Part shown: one piece after another, positions 1 to 9,079 of the stretch
Layout of the letters: each line of letters begins with the position of its first letter
Position numbering within the stretch: the stretch's first letter is position 1
Assembly: GCA_963834675.1 (NCBI GenBank)
Contig: CAWICS010000009.1
Coordinates: 224,102 to 288,101, forward strand
Source of the DNA: an uncultured Solirubrobacterales bacterium
GTDB lineage: Bacteria > Actinomycetota > Thermoleophilia > Solirubrobacterales > Solirubrobacteraceae
Direction: 5' to 3'
Length of the DNA: 64,000 nucleotides
Translations under genes and position numbers: made by a program
The notes under the pieces: model-generated
What the model saw: the letters and a program-made list of their open reading frames with translations, nothing else
What the model was told of the DNA's origin: nothing
Database searches by the model: none

Positions 1-840
1 GTGCTCGCCGCCGAGCGCGCGGGAGCGACTGTCCGATGGGCCGAATTCGATACCGAGACCGGAGAGCTCCCCGCCGAGGCGTTCGACGGGCTGATCGGCG
101 ATCGCACACGCCTGGTGGCCCTCACGGCGGCATCCAACGCGATTGGCACCAAGCCCGATGTGCGCGCGATCAGCGACCGCGCTCACGCCGCCGGCGCCGT
201 GACTTACGTCGACGGCGTGCACGCGACCTCCCACGGCCCGATCGACGTCGGCGCCCTGGGAGCCGACTTCTACGTGTGCTCAACCTACAAGCTGTTCGGA
301 CCGCACGCCGGGGCGGTGATCGCCGACCCGGCACGGCTCAAGCACCTCATGCCGGCGAAGCTCGCCCCCGCGCCGGACGAGGTGCCCGACCGCTTCGAGC
401 GCGGGACGCCGGCGTTCGAGCTGCTCGCGGGCATCACTGCCGCGGTGGACTGGATCGCCGGGCTCGCAGACACCGAAGACACCCGCCGCGAACGGGTGCT
501 CACCGCGCTCTCTGCCGCCGAGGAGCACCTGGACTCGCTGCTCCATCACGCGCTCGACGGGCTCGCGGCCATACCTGGCGTTCGGCTGCTCGGAGGGGCC
601 CGACGCCGGACATCCACGATCTCGTTCCTCGTCGAGGGCCGCCGCCCGAGTGGGATCGCAAAGCGCCTGGCGAACCAAGGCATCGCGGTCTGGGCCGGGG
701 ACAACTACGCCTACGAGCTCATGCGGCGCTTCGGACTGAGCGACTCGGGCGGCGCGATTCGCGCCAGCATCGTGCTCTACAACAACCGCGGCGATCTCGA
801 CCGGCTGCTCGAGGCGGTGGCCGAGATCGCACGCCGTTGA
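1..840 (+). CDS. Cysteine desulfurase-like class V PLP enzyme (VC1184/TIGR01976-like), 5' end outside window
   Basis: Motifs YVDGVHA, CSTYKLFGPH (PLP Lys) and RFERGTP. WAGDNYA stands where SufS has GHHCA, so the persulfide Cys is absent. ORF is open at base 1. Confidence 0.85.
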   Translation: MLAAERAGATVRWAEFDTETGELPAEAFDGLIGDRTRLVALTAASNAIGTKPDVRAISDRAHAAGAVTYVDGVHATSHGPIDVGALGADFYVCSTYKLFGPHAGAVIADPARLKHLMPAKLAPAPDEVPDRFERGTPAFELLAGITAAVDWIAGLADTEDTRRERVLTALSAAEEHLDSLLHHALDGLAAIPGVRLLGGARRRTSTISFLVEGRRPSGIAKRLANQGIAVWAGDNYAYELMRRFGLSDSGGAIRASIVLYNNRGDLDRLLEAVAEIARR

Positions 841-981
841 CGAATCAGTTCGCCGGCGGGATTGTGCTCGCCGCGTAGTTGAACCAGTTCGCCCAGCCAG
901 GTGACGCTTCATGACCACGAGTGTGATCGCGCGCACAGACCTTCACCACCCACCCTGGGTGGCGACCCCTCACAGCGGTGG

Positions 982-1929
982 TCAGGGAAGCCGGCCCGAC
1001 CAGCGCGTCGACGTCCCCGCCGCGAGCAGCAGGAACGCGAGTCCGCCGATTGCGAACGCCACCGTGACCTCGCGCTTGCGGGTCACGCTGCCTAGGCGGT
1101 CGGCGAGGCTCTTGTAGATCGAGCTGAGCTGATCCGCGCTCTGGGCGTTGAACGACCGGCCGCCGGACAACTGGGCGATCTGCTGCATGAGCTCGGGGTC
1201 CGGGGGTACGGCGATTGACGGGCCGAACGGCACCTGGCTCGGGAGGGTGCCGTTGGGCGTTCCGAGCGCCACCGTGTCGATCGGGATCTTGTCCCTGGCG
1301 GCCTCCCGCGCCACCGTGCTGACGTCGACCCCTGCGTTGGCCGAGCCGTCGGACAAGAGCACGATGGCCGAGGGCGGATGCTTGGGGCTTGAGCCGTGCA
1401 GGAGCTGGAGCGCCAGTTCGAGCGCGTCACCGGTGGCGGTCGCCCCGTTGGCGTTCTGCCCGTCGATGACCGCCCGGGCCGCGGCGTGATCGCCCTGCGG
1501 CGCCTGAACCGCGTCCGGTGAGTCCGAGAAGGCGACCGCACCCACGAGGACGTTCGAGGGCAGGCGGTCGATGAACGTGTCGGCGGCGCGCTCGGCGGCG
1601 GCCAGCCTGGTCGGCTCGACGTCGGTCGCGGCCATCGACCCGGAGTGGTCGGTGACGAGCATGATCGACCCCTGGTTGACCGGCGCGCTGTAGCTGACGT
1701 GCGGCCGGGCCAGCGCCAGGGCGAGCGCGGCGATCGCCGCGAGGGCGAAGGCGGGCGGGAGACGCCGCCGCCACGACCCGCCGGCCGCCGCGGCGGCGAG
1801 CTGAAGCGTGGACAGCGCCGGGAACCGCACCGCATAGCGCTTGGCTCGCCGCCGGGCCCCGATCGACGCGGCGATCGCGATCGGGATCAGCGCGAGCGCG
1901 GCCAGCCACACGGGCGAGGAGAAGGTCAT
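982..1929 (-). CDS. VWA domain membrane protein (BatA-like)
   Basis: Starts MTFSSPVWLAAL; MIDAS DHSGSM, ATGDAL and LLSDG; C-terminal TM. ATG overlaps the DUF58 stop. Confidence 0.9.
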   Translation of the reverse strand: MTFSSPVWLAALALIPIAIAASIGARRRAKRYAVRFPALSTLQLAAAAAGGSWRRRLPPAFALAAIAALALALARPHVSYSAPVNQGSIMLVTDHSGSMAATDVEPTRLAAAERAADTFIDRLPSNVLVGAVAFSDSPDAVQAPQGDHAAARAVIDGQNANGATATGDALELALQLLHGSSPKHPPSAIVLLSDGSANAGVDVSTVAREAARDKIPIDTVALGTPNGTLPSQVPFGPSIAVPPDPELMQQIAQLSGGRSFNAQSADQLSSIYKSLADRLGSVTRKREVTVAFAIGGLAFLLLAAGTSTRWSGRLP

Positions 1930-2834
1930 CGCAGGTGGCGCCCCAGGGCCAGCAGCCAGTCCTGGTCGGTGCTCAGCGTCACGTGATCGACGCGCAGGCG
2001 GCGCAGCTCGCGCATCAGCGTCTCGCGGCGCTCGCGCTCGAGCTCGGCGAAGCGCTCGCGCAAGCGGCGGTTCGACGTATCCACGTCGATGCGGGCGCCG
2101 GTCTCGGGATCGACCAGGGCCAGGTGGCCGACGGCGGGGACCTCGGCTTCGCGCGGATCGGCGATCTCCGCCGCGAGCACGGAATGCCGTATCCGCAGCG
2201 CCCCCATCGGACGCTGCCAACCGTGCTGGTCGCGGAAGTCGCTGATCACCACGACCAGCCCCGGCTGCCGGGCCATTCGCGTGACGCGCTGCATCGCGTC
2301 CCCCAGGCCGTCGGCGTGATGTTGACCGTCGGGCGCGACTCCCTCGGCGAGGATCCGCCGAAGCGCCACGATTCCCGGCTTGGCGCCCCGAGGCGGGAGC
2401 ACTCGAGGGGCACCCGCGCCGAACGCCACCAAGCCGACGCTGCCGGCCCGCCGTACCCCGAGGCGCCCGAACACCAGGGCCACCCCCTCGGCCACGTCGG
2501 CCTTTAGGCGACGCGCCGTTCCGAACGCCATGGAGGGCGACACGTCGAGCACGATCCAGGTGGTCAGCGCGCGCTCGGGCACGTGCATACGGACATGCGG
2601 CTGCCCGGTACGGGCGCTGGCCGCAGGATCGATGTGGCGCACGTCATCGCCGATCTCGTACGGACGCAGCTGGGCAAGCTCCGTGCCGACCCCTACCCCC
2701 GAGGCACGCCGATCGCCGGGCAGCGTTCGGGACACCAGGCGACTGAGCGCGTAGTCGAGCGCTTCGATCAGCGGCTGCGCCAGCGGCCCCGGCCCCTGCC
2801 TCGCCGCCGGCCGCTCGAGCAGGGCTTCGGTCAC
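1926..2834 (-). CDS. DUF58 domain protein (MoxR-associated)
   Basis: GTELAQLRPYEIGDDVRHID, LDVSPSM and VVISDF; 4-bp overlaps with both neighbours. Confidence 0.9.
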   Translation of the reverse strand: MTEALLERPAARQGPGPLAQPLIEALDYALSRLVSRTLPGDRRASGVGVGTELAQLRPYEIGDDVRHIDPAASARTGQPHVRMHVPERALTTWIVLDVSPSMAFGTARRLKADVAEGVALVFGRLGVRRAGSVGLVAFGAGAPRVLPPRGAKPGIVALRRILAEGVAPDGQHHADGLGDAMQRVTRMARQPGLVVVISDFRDQHGWQRPMGALRIRHSVLAAEIADPREAEVPAVGHLALVDPETGARIDVDTSNRRLRERFAELERERRETLMRELRRLRVDHVTLSTDQDWLLALGRHLR

Positions 2835-3862
2835 CGCGCCCTCGCGATCCTCGGGACCTCGCGCATCAGGTCATCCCCACGGGGCTCGGGCACGGCGGCC
2901 AGGACGCGCTCGAGCAGCTCATCGGCGGTCACGCCGTCGCTGAGCGCGTCGTAGGAGAGCACGATCCGGTGCCGGAGCACGTCCGCGGCCAGGTCGCGGA
3001 TGTCGTCAACCTCGACGTGTCCGCGTCCGCGCAGGAGCGCGAGCACGCGCGCGGCTTGCACCAGGCCGATCGGACCGCGCGGACTGGCTCCGAACTCGAT
3101 CAGCGGAGCCATGTCCTTGAGGCCATGAGCGGCGGGATGGCGAGTCGCGTCGGCGAGGGCGACCGCGTAGCCGATCGTCTCCCGGCCGACCAGTACCGAC
3201 TCGGCGGCCATCACGTAACGCTGCAGATCGGCGAGGGCGAGGCGCTCCCGCACGACCGCCGGCTCTCGCAGGCTTCTTCCGACGACCGCCGCCTCCTCGC
3301 CGGCGTCCGGATAGTCGACGAGGACCTTCATCAGGAAGCGGTCGACCTGAGCCTCGGGCAGCGGATACGTGCCCTCGGACTCGATCGGGTTCTGGGTGGC
3401 CATCACGATGAACGGATGCGGAACCTCGAAGGTGGTGCCGCCGATCGTCACCTGCTGCTCCTGCATCACCTCGAGCAGCGCCGACTGAACCTTGGCCGGC
3501 GCGCGGTTGATCTCGTCGGCGAGCAGGAAGTTGCAGAACACCGGGCCGAGCTCGGTCTGGAAGCTGCCCGTGTCGGGGCGATAGACACGCGTGCCGACGA
3601 GGTCCGCCGGCACCAGATCCGGGGTGAACTGGATCCGGCTGTACGAGCCGCCGAGGACGGCGGCCAGCGTCTTGACCGTCAGCGTCTTGGCCAGCCCGGG
3701 CACTCCTTCGAGGAGCACGTGCCCGCCGGCGAGCAGGCTGACCAGCAGCCGCTCGAGCATCGCGTCCTGTCCTACGATCACGCGCTTCATCTCGTGCAGC
3801 GCCTCGGTCAGCGCCGCCCGGGCTTCCCGCCGGAGCCCGTCGGCATCGTCTATGTCTGTCAT
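2831..3862 (-). CDS. moxR: MoxR family AAA+ ATPase
   Basis: Walker A EGVPGLAKT, RIQFTPDLVPAD, Walker B LLADEINRA and ATQNPIE. GGAGG RBS precedes the ATG at 3862. Confidence 0.95.
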   Translation of the reverse strand: MTDIDDADGLRREARAALTEALHEMKRVIVGQDAMLERLLVSLLAGGHVLLEGVPGLAKTLTVKTLAAVLGGSYSRIQFTPDLVPADLVGTRVYRPDTGSFQTELGPVFCNFLLADEINRAPAKVQSALLEVMQEQQVTIGGTTFEVPHPFIVMATQNPIESEGTYPLPEAQVDRFLMKVLVDYPDAGEEAAVVGRSLREPAVVRERLALADLQRYVMAAESVLVGRETIGYAVALADATRHPAAHGLKDMAPLIEFGASPRGPIGLVQAARVLALLRGRGHVEVDDIRDLAADVLRHRIVLSYDALSDGVTADELLERVLAAVPEPRGDDLMREVPRIARAR

Positions 3863-3883
3863 CTGATCCTCCATCGATTCGAT

Positions 3884-4840
3884 CTAAATCAGTCGTCCGA
3901 ACCACGCGAGCGACCCGACGCTCCCGAGCAGCAGCAGGACCAGGCCTCCACCCGCGAAGCTGGCGGTGATCTCCTGCTTGACCTTTTTGTGCCCGAGCTG
4001 TGCGCCGAGGCGCTTGTACACCGTGTCGAGACCCTCCGCATCGGTCGCCGTGAAGGTCTGACCATGCGAGATGCGAGCTATCTGCGCGAGCTGCTGCGGA
4101 TCGGGCGGCACCGGCACCTTGACCGTGCCGCTTCCGCGCTTCTCGGTGACCGTCCCGCCCTGCGTCCCCACGACGACCGTATAGATCGGGATGTGATCCG
4201 AGGCGGCCTGCTGAGCCGCAGCGAGGGGATCGGAGCCCACGTCGTTGCTCCCGTCTGAGAGCAGCACGATCGCCGCCGGCGGCTGCTTGACGCCGGGGCG
4301 CTTGGCACTCGTGGCCAGGCGCAGCGAAGTCCGGATCGCATCGCCGATCGCCGTGCCGCCGGTCACCTTGAGCTGCCCGAGCGCGGTGCGCACGAGCGAG
4401 CGATCGGTGGTCGGCGACTGCAAGACGGTCACCTTCGAGTTGAACTCGACCAGCCCCACGCGCACCGAGCCGGGCACGGAGGCAATGAAGCTCGCCGCGG
4501 CCCGCTGTGCCGCGCGCAGCCGCGAGGGCGCGACGTCGGTGGCCGCCATCGAGCCGCTTGTGTCGTTGGCCAGGATGATCGAGGCGGTGTTGACCGGCAC
4601 GGCCACGACTCGCTGCGGACGGGCGGCCGCCAGAATCAGCGCCACCAGCGCCAGCGCGAAGACGAGCATCGGGGCGTGCCGGCGCCACCGCGGGCGCGAA
4701 GGTGCCACCGACGCCCCGAGCGCAGGAGCGACAAACGCCGAGCCCGCCTGGGCTCGCCGGCGCTGCTGCCCCGTGTACCACCACGCGAGCAACGGAATCG
4801 CCACCAGCGCGACCAGCAACAGCGGGTGCAAGAAGGTCAT
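3884..4840 (-). CDS. VWA domain membrane protein (BatA-like)
   Basis: MTFLHPLLL N-terminus, DTSGSM MIDAS, TAIGDA and LLSDG; paralog of 982..1929. Confidence 0.9.
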   Translation of the reverse strand: MTFLHPLLLVALVAIPLLAWWYTGQQRRRAQAGSAFVAPALGASVAPSRPRWRRHAPMLVFALALVALILAAARPQRVVAVPVNTASIILANDTSGSMAATDVAPSRLRAAQRAAASFIASVPGSVRVGLVEFNSKVTVLQSPTTDRSLVRTALGQLKVTGGTAIGDAIRTSLRLATSAKRPGVKQPPAAIVLLSDGSNDVGSDPLAAAQQAASDHIPIYTVVVGTQGGTVTEKRGSGTVKVPVPPDPQQLAQIARISHGQTFTATDAEGLDTVYKRLGAQLGHKKVKQEITASFAGGGLVLLLLGSVGSLAWFGRLI

Positions 4841-5427
4841 GGGCTACGGGCCGGCCGGCTGGCCAACTTGACCTGGGCCGTGTACTGCGAGAACCCTCGC
4901 TGAACCTGGATGTCGACCCGGTCGCCCGGCTGCAGGCCGGCGAGTGCCGACACGAAGACCGCGGGCGCCACGATCGGCTGAGTGTCGAGCTGGGTGATCA
5001 GATCGCCGGGCCTGATGCCCGCCACGGCGGCCGGGCTGCCCGGGACCACGGCCGAGACCAGGGCACCCCGGACGGGGGCGTTGGTCAGCTCGACCCCCAT
5101 CCAGGCCGCTCCTCCGTTCGCTGCCACCGGTCCTGGGCGCTTGTTCGAGCTCGACGAGTCCGAGATCACGGCGTAGGCCGCCGTCGCGCCGAGCAGGATC
5201 AGGAAGGTGGTCAGCAGGGCCAGGCGCACCCGGCGGCGATTTGGAGCGGGCAGGCTCCGGAGCCATCGGATTGCCCGCCGAACCCAGCTCTCCCGAGGCT
5301 CAGGAGCGACAGGTTCAGGCTCGGCCGGCTCCTCGACGCGCCCGCGACGCGCCGCCAGGCCCTCCGCGTGGGCGGAGGATTCGTCCTGCCAATCGCCAGA
5401 CCACAGGTGTCGCGGGCCGCTCATCAC
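4837..5427 (-). CDS. Single-pass membrane protein with C-terminal PDZ domain
   Basis: TM segment LALLTTFLILLGATAAYAVI, then AWMGVEL..GALVSAVVPGSPAAVAGIRPGDLI (HtrA-type PDZ); no protease domain. Confidence 0.8.
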   Translation of the reverse strand: MMSGPRHLWSGDWQDESSAHAEGLAARRGRVEEPAEPEPVAPEPRESWVRRAIRWLRSLPAPNRRRVRLALLTTFLILLGATAAYAVISDSSSSNKRPGPVAANGGAAWMGVELTNAPVRGALVSAVVPGSPAAVAGIRPGDLITQLDTQPIVAPAVFVSALAGLQPGDRVDIQVQRGFSQYTAQVKLASRPARSP

Positions 5428-5460
5428 GCCCCGAGGAAGCTAAGCGTCATTGGTGAGATC

Positions 5461-5478
5461 TTCTTAAGAACCTAGACT
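5461..5478 (+). promoter_or_regulatory. AT-rich palindrome TTCTTAAGAA plus -10 box TAGACT (leaderless promoter of the thioesterase)
   Basis: Perfect 10-bp palindrome at 5461-5470; TANNNT at 5473-5478 lies 7 nt before GTG 5486, and there is no RBS. Confidence 0.5.
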
Positions 5479-5485
5479 GCCGCCC

Positions 5486-5893
5486 GTGGACGGCGGACTC
5501 GAGCAAACCGTGCGCGTTCAGCTGCGTTGGCGGGATATGGACATGCTCGGCCATCTCAACCAGTCCGTCTACCACGAGCTGCTCGAGGAAGGACGGATCG
5601 CCGTGATCGCGAATCTCATGGGCCAGGCCGGCGGCGAGCGCATCGAGGGCGGGTACGTCCTGGCCCATGTGGACCTCGACTATCACGCCGAGGTGCGCAA
5701 GGATCACGAGGTGGTGGACATCGTCGTCCGGGTCGCCCGGGTGGGGACCTCGAGCATCGAGCTTCATCACGACGTGAGGCTTCCGGACGGTCGCCTCGCG
5801 GCCTCGGGAAAATCGATCCTGGTCGCCTGGAATCTCGCGGCCCGTACCAAGCGATCGCTCTCCGACGCCGAGCGCGCCGCGCTCACGTCTTAG
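5486..5893 (+). CDS. Acyl-CoA thioesterase (4HBT/FadM hot-dog fold)
   Basis: VQLRWRDMDMLGHLNQSVY and RVGTSS motifs. Confidence 0.9.
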   Translation: MDGGLEQTVRVQLRWRDMDMLGHLNQSVYHELLEEGRIAVIANLMGQAGGERIEGGYVLAHVDLDYHAEVRKDHEVVDIVVRVARVGTSSIELHHDVRLPDGRLAASGKSILVAWNLAARTKRSLSDAERAALTS

Positions 5894-6915
5894 TGCATTG
5901 CGCTCGCGGCGACCCCGTCGAGCAGGCAGATCACGCGCGGCGGCTGACCGTCCTCCAGGATTACCGCGCCGCCCGGCCAGTACGGGTGGGGCGCAAGCGC
6001 GTTGTGGACGAGCAGCGGCTCGTATACCCATGAGCCGGTGTTGACCAGTCCCGGCCGGCCGCGCAGCCCCGACCAGCGCCTCTGGACGTCGTCGGCCAGC
6101 GGACCGAGCCGGTGCACGTGGCCGAACAGCACCCAGTCCGCGTCGACGCCGAGCCGCCCAACCACGTGGGCGAGCGCCGGCAAGCTCGCCCGGCGCATCT
6201 GCATTCCCAGCAGGGTTGCCGTGACCCGCGCCATCCCGGGGTGCAGCAGCCGGCGCGGGGCCAGCGGCATCGTCGAGGCACGGACCAGCTCGGCGAGATC
6301 CTCGGCCAGGTCGGCGAGCGGTCGCGGGAGGGCCTTGATCACCAGCGCTTCCAGTCGCGTGAGCGACACGCCCCCCGCCCGCTCGTAGTCGATCGGGGTC
6401 GCACCCGCCTGGGGCACGCGTCCGAGCAGGCCGCGGGTCACGCCGAACGCGGACTCGGGGAGTAGGTGACGATCGAGGTAGTGCCCGTGGGTCGCCCACA
6501 CTCCGGGCGCGAGCCACACGCCCGGATAGCGCACCTGAACCTGCGCCGGAGAAAGCCACGAGGTGACCGAGGCCAGCTCGGGCGTCGCGTCGAGCGGGAC
6601 GCGGCTATCCACCTCGAGGCCAGCTCCGACGCGCCTTACCCAGGGGGTGACCAGGGCACGATCGTGGTTGCCGGGAACCAAGATCACCTCGCGCCCGGGT
6701 CCGAGCGTCTGCCCGATCTGGCGGAGGATCGGCTCGGCCTCCTCCATCGCGCGCTCGGCCCGCTTCTCGATCAGCTCGACGACGTCACCGAGCAGAACCA
6801 GCCGCTCCACGCCCTCGATTGCCTCGAGCAGCCGGTGCAGCGGCTCGGGATGCGTGAGGACGTCGTGCCGCAGACGCGACCCCAGATGAAGATCCGAGAT
6901 GACGAGCGTCGACAC
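5890..6915 (-). CDS. Metallophosphoesterase (calcineurin-like)
   Basis: ISDLHLG, LLGDVVE, VPGNHD, THGH, FGHVH and NTGSW motifs. Confidence 0.85.
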   Translation of the reverse strand: MSTLVISDLHLGSRLRHDVLTHPEPLHRLLEAIEGVERLVLLGDVVELIEKRAERAMEEAEPILRQIGQTLGPGREVILVPGNHDRALVTPWVRRVGAGLEVDSRVPLDATPELASVTSWLSPAQVQVRYPGVWLAPGVWATHGHYLDRHLLPESAFGVTRGLLGRVPQAGATPIDYERAGGVSLTRLEALVIKALPRPLADLAEDLAELVRASTMPLAPRRLLHPGMARVTATLLGMQMRRASLPALAHVVGRLGVDADWVLFGHVHRLGPLADDVQRRWSGLRGRPGLVNTGSWVYEPLLVHNALAPHPYWPGGAVILEDGQPPRVICLLDGVAASAMH

Positions 6916-6988
6916 GCCGGCGGACGATAGGTGACCCGCCCAGAAGGTTCGCGTTGACGCACAGTCCGGACGGCGAGAAAATTGTTCC

Positions 6989-7573
6989 GTGGGCGCCGAC
7001 CCTCAGACAGAGCTCATGTCCGAGACCGCGGCCCTGGTCGTCTCGATCGACCGCGCGGCGGCGGCGACCGAGATCATCCTGGCGGGCCAACCGCCGGAGG
7101 CCGATCAGCAAGAGCTCTGCCGCCAACTTGCCGCGCTCCGCGCACGCGTGGCTCAGGCGCGGCAGAGAAGCGACGACCCGGCCGCGCTGCGGGCGGAGCT
7201 GGCCACGCTCCTTTCCTTCGCGCGGACGCTCCAGGCCGACGCGGACGCCTGGCGGGCAGCGCTCGCCGACGAGGCGCAGGAGCTCGAGCGCCGTAGGGGC
7301 GCCGCGCGCCGGGAGCGGGAGCGACTGGCTCTCGACCGCGAAAAGCTCATCAGACGCCGAGAGACGTTGCAGTCGACGATCCTGCAGACCGCCGCCCGGA
7401 TGGCGGAGCAGACGCGCGGAGAGTGCCGCCGAACGCTCCCGGTGTTCACGCTCGGCGAGGGCCTCACGGTCTGCTCGGTATCGGTGGCCTACCCCAGGCG
7501 CGGGCTTCGATTCGCCGGACATTTGCTCGTCACCCTGGGCCGTTCTCACGACGTGCTGGTCAGACGGGAATAG
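6989..7573 (+). CDS. Hypothetical coiled-coil protein (start may be ATG 7016)
   Basis: 194-aa ORF with Ala/Glu/Arg-rich heptads, filling the gap between flanking genes. Confidence 0.55.
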   Translation: MGADPQTELMSETAALVVSIDRAAAATEIILAGQPPEADQQELCRQLAALRARVAQARQRSDDPAALRAELATLLSFARTLQADADAWRAALADEAQELERRRGAARRERERLALDREKLIRRRETLQSTILQTAARMAEQTRGECRRTLPVFTLGEGLTVCSVSVAYPRRGLRFAGHLLVTLGRSHDVLVRRE

Positions 7574-7733
7574 GCTCCGCCTCCGATTAGCGCCCGGGCA
7601 GGAATGGACGCTCCGGTCCGGAATCCCGATTCACATTTCGTTAAACGGCCTGCCCGCGGCCTTGGATTCTCCCGGCGGCGGCATTAGCGTGCGCAGCGAA
7701 AGCGACCCCACCGGGGTCAAAAGAGGAGGAAGA

Positions 7734-9011
7734 ATGAGGCTACGCAGGGCAATATCAGTTGGTGCCGTCCTGGCGGCAGTGCTCGCGATTGCCGCGTGCG
7801 GCTCCAGTAAGAGCAGCAGTAGCAGCGCGAGTGGCAGCTCGGGCTCGAGCGGCAGCTCCGGCGGCAACACGGTCAACGTCTACTCGGACCTGCCGCTCAA
7901 GGGGGCGGTGAGCGCCCAGACGGGTCCGGCCCTCAAGGGCGAGCAGCTCGCGCTATCCCAGGCCGGCTTCAAGGCCGGCCAGTGGAAGATCAACTTCATC
8001 TCGCTGGACGACTCGACGGCGACCTCGCCGACCAACTACGACCTCAACGTGTGCCAGGCCAACGCCCGCAAGGCGGCGACCGACCCGAAGGCCGTGTACA
8101 TGGTTGGCCCGTTCAACTCGGGCTGCGCCGAGGTTGAGATCCCGATCACCAACCAGGGCGGTCTGGCGCAGGTCAGTCCCGCGAACACCTATCCGGGTCT
8201 GACGACCAACGATCCCGGAACCGCGCCGGGTGAGCCCACGAAGTACTACCCGGCCGGAACGCGGACGTACTTGCGGATCGTTCCGCGCGACACCATCCAG
8301 GGCCAGGCGGGCCTGGTGGCAATGCAGCAGGAGGGATGCAAGCGGGTCGCCGTGGCCGACGACAAGACCCCGTACGGCGTCGGGTTGGCCACGCAGGTCA
8401 AGCTGAATCAGGCGAAGTACGGGCTGACGGTCACGAGCCTCACCCCGCTCGACCCGACGCAGCCGAACTTCCGCTCCTACGCCTCGTCGGTCAAGTCGCA
8501 GGGAGCGAACTGCGTCTACACCGCGTTCGACCCGCCCGGCGAGGTGCAGCTGGTCAAGGACATCAACTCCGCGGTTCCGACCGCCAAGATCTTCGGCGGC
8601 GACGGCGTGTGCTCGGGTGGGGAGACGAACCCGTCCAAGGGCGGATTCCCCAAGAGCATCGCGCCGCTGTTCTTCTGCACCGTGGCCACGCAGGGCCTGA
8701 CCACGTATCCGGGCGGCAAGGACTTCCTGGCCGCTTACAAGGCGAAATATGGCGACTCGAACCCTGACCCGTACTCGATCTACGGCTACGAGGCGATGAA
8801 GCTCGGGCTGGCGACGATCGCGAAGCTGGGCGCCCAGGGCAACAGCAAGTCCGCCGTGGTCAAGGCGCTGTTCGGAACCACGAACTACGCGGGCGCCATC
8901 GGCACCTACGGGTTCGACAAGAACGGCGACACGACGCTGAAGTCCTACGGCCTGTACAAGGTCGGCTCGGACGGCAACCCCGAGTTCTTCAAGACCATCA
9001 CCGTCTCCTAA
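7734..9011 (+). CDS. livK: Branched-chain amino acid ABC substrate-binding lipoprotein
   Basis: GAGGAGG RBS before ATG 7734; lipobox IAAC; Ser/Gly linker; LDDSTA, VGPFNSG and ISPANT-like motifs; first gene of the liv operon. Confidence 0.9.
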   Translation: MRLRRAISVGAVLAAVLAIAACGSSKSSSSSASGSSGSSGSSGGNTVNVYSDLPLKGAVSAQTGPALKGEQLALSQAGFKAGQWKINFISLDDSTATSPTNYDLNVCQANARKAATDPKAVYMVGPFNSGCAEVEIPITNQGGLAQVSPANTYPGLTTNDPGTAPGEPTKYYPAGTRTYLRIVPRDTIQGQAGLVAMQQEGCKRVAVADDKTPYGVGLATQVKLNQAKYGLTVTSLTPLDPTQPNFRSYASSVKSQGANCVYTAFDPPGEVQLVKDINSAVPTAKIFGGDGVCSGGETNPSKGGFPKSIAPLFFCTVATQGLTTYPGGKDFLAAYKAKYGDSNPDPYSIYGYEAMKLGLATIAKLGAQGNSKSAVVKALFGTTNYAGAIGTYGFDKNGDTTLKSYGLYKVGSDGNPEFFKTITVS

Positions 9012-9017
9012 CCACTG

Positions 9018-9065
9018 CCCTAGGCGGGGCGGGGCCGTTGCAGCGGTCCCGCTCCGCCGTTAGGG
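9018..9065 (+). terminator. Long GC-rich stem-loop between SBP and permease (partial terminator or mRNA-stabilising hairpin)
   Basis: CCCTAGGCGGGGCGGGGCCG pairs with CGGTCCCGCTCCGCCGTTAGGG (about 20 bp with G-U pairs and a small bulge); this position is typical of ABC operons. Confidence 0.55.
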
Positions 9066-9079
9066 TGGACCGGGGGTCC

